Positions 59,251 through 64,000 of a DNA stretch of 64,000 bases are shown here, in pieces. Positions within the stretch are counted from its first letter, which is position 1. Every line of letters starts with the position of its first letter. Source of the DNA: Mobula birostris. Taxonomy: Eukaryota. The position numbers were made by a program, and so were the translations under genes. Location of the stretch: assembly GCF_030028105.1 (NCBI RefSeq), contig NC_092379.1:24607821-24671820 (forward strand), in the 5' to 3' direction. A model generated the notes under the pieces. It worked only from the letters and a program-made list of their open reading frames with translations. It was not told the origin of the DNA and did no database searches.

Positions 59251-62200
59251 CATTAAATTGCATCTGCCATGAATTTGTCCACTCACCTAACATATCCAAG
59301 TCACCCTGCATCCTCTTAGCATCCTCATCAGAGCTAACACTGCCGCCCAGCTTCCTTTTATCCGCATACTTGGAGATGCTGTATTTAATTCCCTCGTCTA
59401 AGTCATTAATATATAATGTAAACAACTAGGGTCCCAGCACTGAGCCTCGCATTACCCCACTAGTCACTGCCTGCCATTTTGAAAAGGTCCCGTTTATTCC
59501 CACTCTTTGCTTCTTGTCTGCCAATCAATTTTCTATCCACATCAATACCATACCGCCAATACCTTGTGCTTTAAGTTTGCACACTAATCTCCTGTGCGGG
59601 ACCTTGTCAAAAGCCTTTTGAAAATCCAGATATACCACATCCACTGGTTCTCCCTTACCCACTCTACTCGATGCATCCTCAAAAATTTCTATGAGATTCG
59701 TCAGACATGATTTTCCTTTCACAAATCCGTGCTGACTTTGTCCGTTGATTTCACTGCTTTCCAAATGTGCTGTTATCACTTCTTTGATAACTGACTCCAG
59801 CATTTTTCCCACCACAGATGTTAGGCTAACCGGTCTATAATTCCCCGGTTTCTCTCTCGTTCCTTTTTTTAAAAAGCGAGATTACATTAACCACCCTCCA
59901 ATTCTCAGGAACTTGTCCAGAATCTAAATATTTTTTGAAAAATTATCACTAATGCATCCACTATGTCTTGGGCTACTTCTTTAAGCACTCTGAGATGCAG
60001 ACCATCTGGCCCTAGGGATGGATCTGCCTTTAATCCCTTCAATTTACCTAACACCACTTCCCTACTGACATGTATTCCCTCAGTTCGTCCATCTCACTAG
60101 ACCCTATGTCCCCTACTATTTCCAGAAGATTATTTATGTACTCCTTAGCGAAGACAGAACCAAAATAGTTATTCAATTGACTTGCCATGACCCTGTTCCC
60201 CGTAATCAATTCACCTGTTTCTGTCTGTAAGGGACCTACATTTGTCTTAACCAATCTTTTTTTGGTTACGGATGGACTACCTTCGCTGGTTTATTCTTTT
60301 GCCAATCTGGGATGAACAATTGTTGTAGTTCATCCATGCGATCTTTAAATGCTTGCCATTGCATATCCACCGTCAATCCTTTAAGTACCATTGGCCAGTC
60401 TATCTTAGCTAATTCACGTCTTATACCTTCAAAGTTAACCTTCTTTGAGTTCAGAAACTTTGTTTCTGAATTAACCATGTCAATCTCCATTTTAAAGAAG
60501 AATTCCACCGTATTATGGTCACTCTTACCCAAGGGGCCTCTCACGATAAGATTGCTGATTAACTCTTCCTCATTGCTCAATACCCAATCTAGAATGGCCA
60601 ACACTCTAGTTGTTTCCTCGACATGTTGGTTCAAAAAACCATCCGCATACATTGCAAGAAATCCTTTTCCTCAGCAACCTTACCAATTTGGTTCACCCAA
60701 TCTATATATAGATTGAAGTCACCCATTATAACTGCTGTTCACTTATTGCACCCATTTCTAATTTCCTGTTTAATGCTATTGCCAACTTCACTACTACTGT
60801 TAGGTGGCCTGTACAACAACATCCACCAGCGTTTTCTGCCCCTTAGTGTTATGCAGCTCTACCATATCGATCCACATCCTCCCGGCTAATGACCTTGCTT
60901 TCTATTGCGTTAATCTCCGCCCTAACCAGCAATGCTACCCCACCTCCTTTTCTTTCATGTCTATCCCTCCTGAATATTGAAAATACCTGAATGTTGAGCT
61001 CCCATCCTTGGTCACCCTGGAGCCATGTCTCTGTGATCCCAACTATATCATATTCATTAGTAACACTCTGCACTTTTAATGCATCCACCATATTACGAAT
61101 GCTCCTTGCATTGACACACAAAGCCTTCAGGCTTGTTTTTACAAAACTCTTGGCCCTTATGCAATTATGTTAAAAAGTGGCCCTTTTTGATTTTTTTCCC
61201 TGGAGTTGCCGGCCTGCCACTTGACTTTTCGCCATACTACTTTTTGCTTCTACCCTGATTTTACACCCCTCTGTCTATCTGCACATGTTCCCATCCCCCT
61301 GTTGTGAACTAACCTCCTCTCTGCTCGTCTCTGTAATTTGATTCCCACCCCGCAACCATTCTAGTTTAAAGTCACCTCAGTAGCCCTCACAAACCTCCCC
61401 GCCAGGATATTGGTCCCCCTAGAATTCAAGTGTAACCCGTCCTTTTGTACAGGTCACTGCTGCGCCAAAAGAGGTCCCAGTTATCCAAAAACTGGAATCC
61501 CTATTCCCTGCTTCAATCCCTCAGCCACGCATTTGTCCTCCACCTCACTGCATTCCTACTCTCACTGTCGCGTAGCACAGGAAGTGATCCCGAGATTACT
61601 ACCTTTGCAGTCCTTTTTCACAACTCCTTTCCTAACTCCCTATATTCTCCTTTCAGGACCCCTTCCCTTTTCCGACCTATGTCATCGGTACTTATATCTA
61701 CCACGACCTTCGGCTGCTCACTCCCCCGCCCCCACCGCCCCCTCACTGCAGGATATCTTGCACGCGATCAGAAATATACCGGAACCTGGCACCAGGGAGG
61801 CAAACTACCATCCGGGTCTCTGGACTGCGTCCACAGAATCGCCTATCTGACCCCATTAAAATCGAGTCCCCTGTTACGACTGCTCTCCTCTTTCTTTCCC
61901 TACCCTTCTGAGTTATAGGGCCGGACTCTGTGCCGGAGGCACGGCCACTGTCGCATTCCCCAGGTAAGATGTCCCAGCAACAGTACTCAAAAAGGAGTAC
62001 CTACTGTCAAGGGGCACAGCCACCGGGGTACTCTCTATTACCTGACTCTTCTCCTTCCCCCTTCCAACCGTGACCCACTTGTCTGGCTCCCGTGGCCCCG
62101 GTGTGCATACCTGCCTGTAAAACCTCTCTATCAACTCCTCACTCCCTCTGACAAGGCAAAGGTCATCGAGCTGCAGCTCCAGTTCCCTAACGCGGTCCCT

Positions 62201-62660
62201 TAGGAGCTGCATCTCGGCGCACCTTGCGCAGATATCGACGTCCGGGAGACCTGTAGACTCCACGACCTCCCATATCCGGCACCCAGAACAACAATCTAAC
62301 CTCACACTCATACTGCCCCTCTCCTCAAATAACAACAAAAGTTGAATACCAAACCCTCTCCGCCTCGCCCGTTTCCGCCTAAGCCCGTTGAGCCGAAGCC
62401 CTTAAGCCTCCCTTTTGCTCCCGGCTCACTCCGAAGCCTGCAGACTCCGCAGCCCGCTGTTTCAGGCTCTGTTCCTTTTAAATCTTCCGGGCGTCATTGC
62501 CCGACGTCACACGCTTGCGCAGTCCCGCCTGTCTGAACGCCGATGGAAATTAAAACGAAAAATTCAAAAATGGCTTCTTCCGCACTCCCGCTCCCATTCT
62601 CAGACTTCCTTCTCCGAATTAAACCCGAAGCAGGATTTATGTCCTTTTAAACCCTTTGAA
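59251..62660 (-). mobile_element. CR1 LINE with intact 5' end, truncated at the 3' end within RT
   Basis: Same family as 20990-25104 in the opposite orientation. ORF1 lies at about 61370-62340 and ORF2 fragments run from 61121 to 59251. It stops at WQMQFNV and has an internal deletion near 60262. Confidence 0.9.
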
Positions 62661-62993
62661 TGCAGTCAGTGATGAACACGGTGAAAAGTTTCACCAGGAC
62701 TTTGCAACCATGGAGGAACGGTATCAGGGCAACTGGAATCAATTAATGCTGGCGGACTATTGTTGGACACTGACACGAGTGGCACCTGATACTGAGTACA
62801 AAATCATCTGCAAAACATCTCATGCTCAGCTGAACTAACACAGTTTGTCAGCATTACTTTGCAATTAAACCTTTTAAATTCAATAAAAAAAAAATAATGT
62901 TTATCCAAATTCTTACGGGATACAGCAAATCTGAAATTATTTTCTGTGTTCAGAATGACATTGTCTGTCATAATCTCTATTTTTTTTTCAGGA
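62661..62993 (+). mobile_element. 3' fragment of the Chapaev3-like remnant
   Basis: AVSDEHGEKFHQDFATMEERYQGNWNQLMLADYCWTL, paralogous to about 30598-30845 and 49695-50030. Confidence 0.55.
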
Positions 62994-63308
62994 AGCAAAA
63001 CGTATTCGCCACAATCTATTTGTTGCGGTGGCGGTTGACAGGAGACTCTGTTGGAACTGAAAGTTCTTAGAAGTGTATTCATGTAATTAGCAGTGAGTTT
63101 CCCCGTTGGCCGATGTTGAGGACGGAACGTTAGGATTTAACATCTGCGTCATTTCGAATATGAAAGATTAGTGCAGGATTTTCAGCATCTTTTCTGCGGT
63201 CTTTGTGCTGGTACATTTTTGTACTGCTCCTCTCATATTTTGAAACACTGTGTAATCCACAACATTGAGGTTTTTTGTGCGTCTCGCTTCCTCATGTCTA
63301 TCACTGTG

Positions 63309-63614
63309 CCCTTCGGCGACTGATGGCACATTGGTACAAAGCCGAGTCGCTCACTTGCAATTTCGAGATCTTTAAGATGCTGATTTTATTTTCCCGATCG
63401 ACAGAACCGAAGAAGTATCCTTCGGCAGCATTTTCCTGATCCTGATCTCCAGAGGTATGCGTCTGGAGCATAAATTCTGGAGGCTCTGCTTGGAGCTGCC
63501 GGTACCAGTGTATGGTGTATGGACAAAACCCAAAATATTCGCAGCTTAATGTGGCGACGTCATCAGAATAAGAAGATTGTAGAGAAGGACTCCTGGCCAC
63601 CAGGGATATAGGAT
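63309..63614 (-). CDS. TRDV: Supporting TCR-delta V exon (leaderless), open; its NAR V-D-J would lie beyond the window end
   Basis: TTCAG acceptor, then PISLVARSPSLQSSYSDDVATLSCEYFGFCPYTIHWYRQ...SDSALYQCAISRRR. The RSS is CACAGTG-23-ACAAAAAAC (63270-63308). Confidence 0.92.
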
Positions 63615-64000
63615 CTGAAGGAATTTAAAAGAGGCATCACGATTAATATTGCTACTGGATTGGCCACGAATAGGAATAGGTGAAGTATTCATACCGGCTG
63701 GTTTCGTTCACAAAATGCCCAAAATGCTTTTCCTGCACTTGGGAATTGTTCCAGCGACTTTCTGCGCTGGAGAAATATTTGCTAGATGATGCAGGCGGAG
63801 AATGGAAATTAATAGGAGGAAAAGTGGAATGACTGCATAAAAATACTGGAATATGTGAAGCCATGGGAATTAATAAATAAAATGTAGAAACATTTGTGAA
63901 ATATTCTCAGAGAGCGAACACCCAGCGAGTTGGAGGATCTGGATGTTCTATTCTGAAAACTTCTACTTTTTTTTTTTCTTTCATGTTTGTAACGGAAAGA

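Overview
Eukaryotic, repeat-rich DNA from a cartilaginous fish (a ray or skate is my inference from the repeat families). The window is part of a T-cell receptor delta locus: a tandem array of NAR-TCR cassettes, all on the minus strand, each built as leader - IgNAR-like V - D - J - intron - leaderless 'supporting' TCR-delta V. Two cassette families alternate. Family A looks intact: V/D/J at 0.7-2.0 kb and 32.6-33.9 kb, and open supporting Vs at 31.2-31.5 kb and 63.3-63.6 kb. Family B has three dead copies (V at 25.7, 44.4 and 57.2 kb) that share the same stop codons and have heavily decayed supporting Vs (19.4, 42.0, 54.6 kb), yet several of their D and J segments keep plausible RSSs. The A+B pair has been duplicated as a unit of about 19 kb, then altered by insertions and deletions: a Gmr1-type Gypsy element, two long CR1 LINEs, Penelope-like elements, Chapaev-like transposon remnants, a chimeric solo LTR, and an RTE-derived short element with a candidate HDV-like ribozyme. 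All coordinates, translations and counts were made by hand; no database search was possible.
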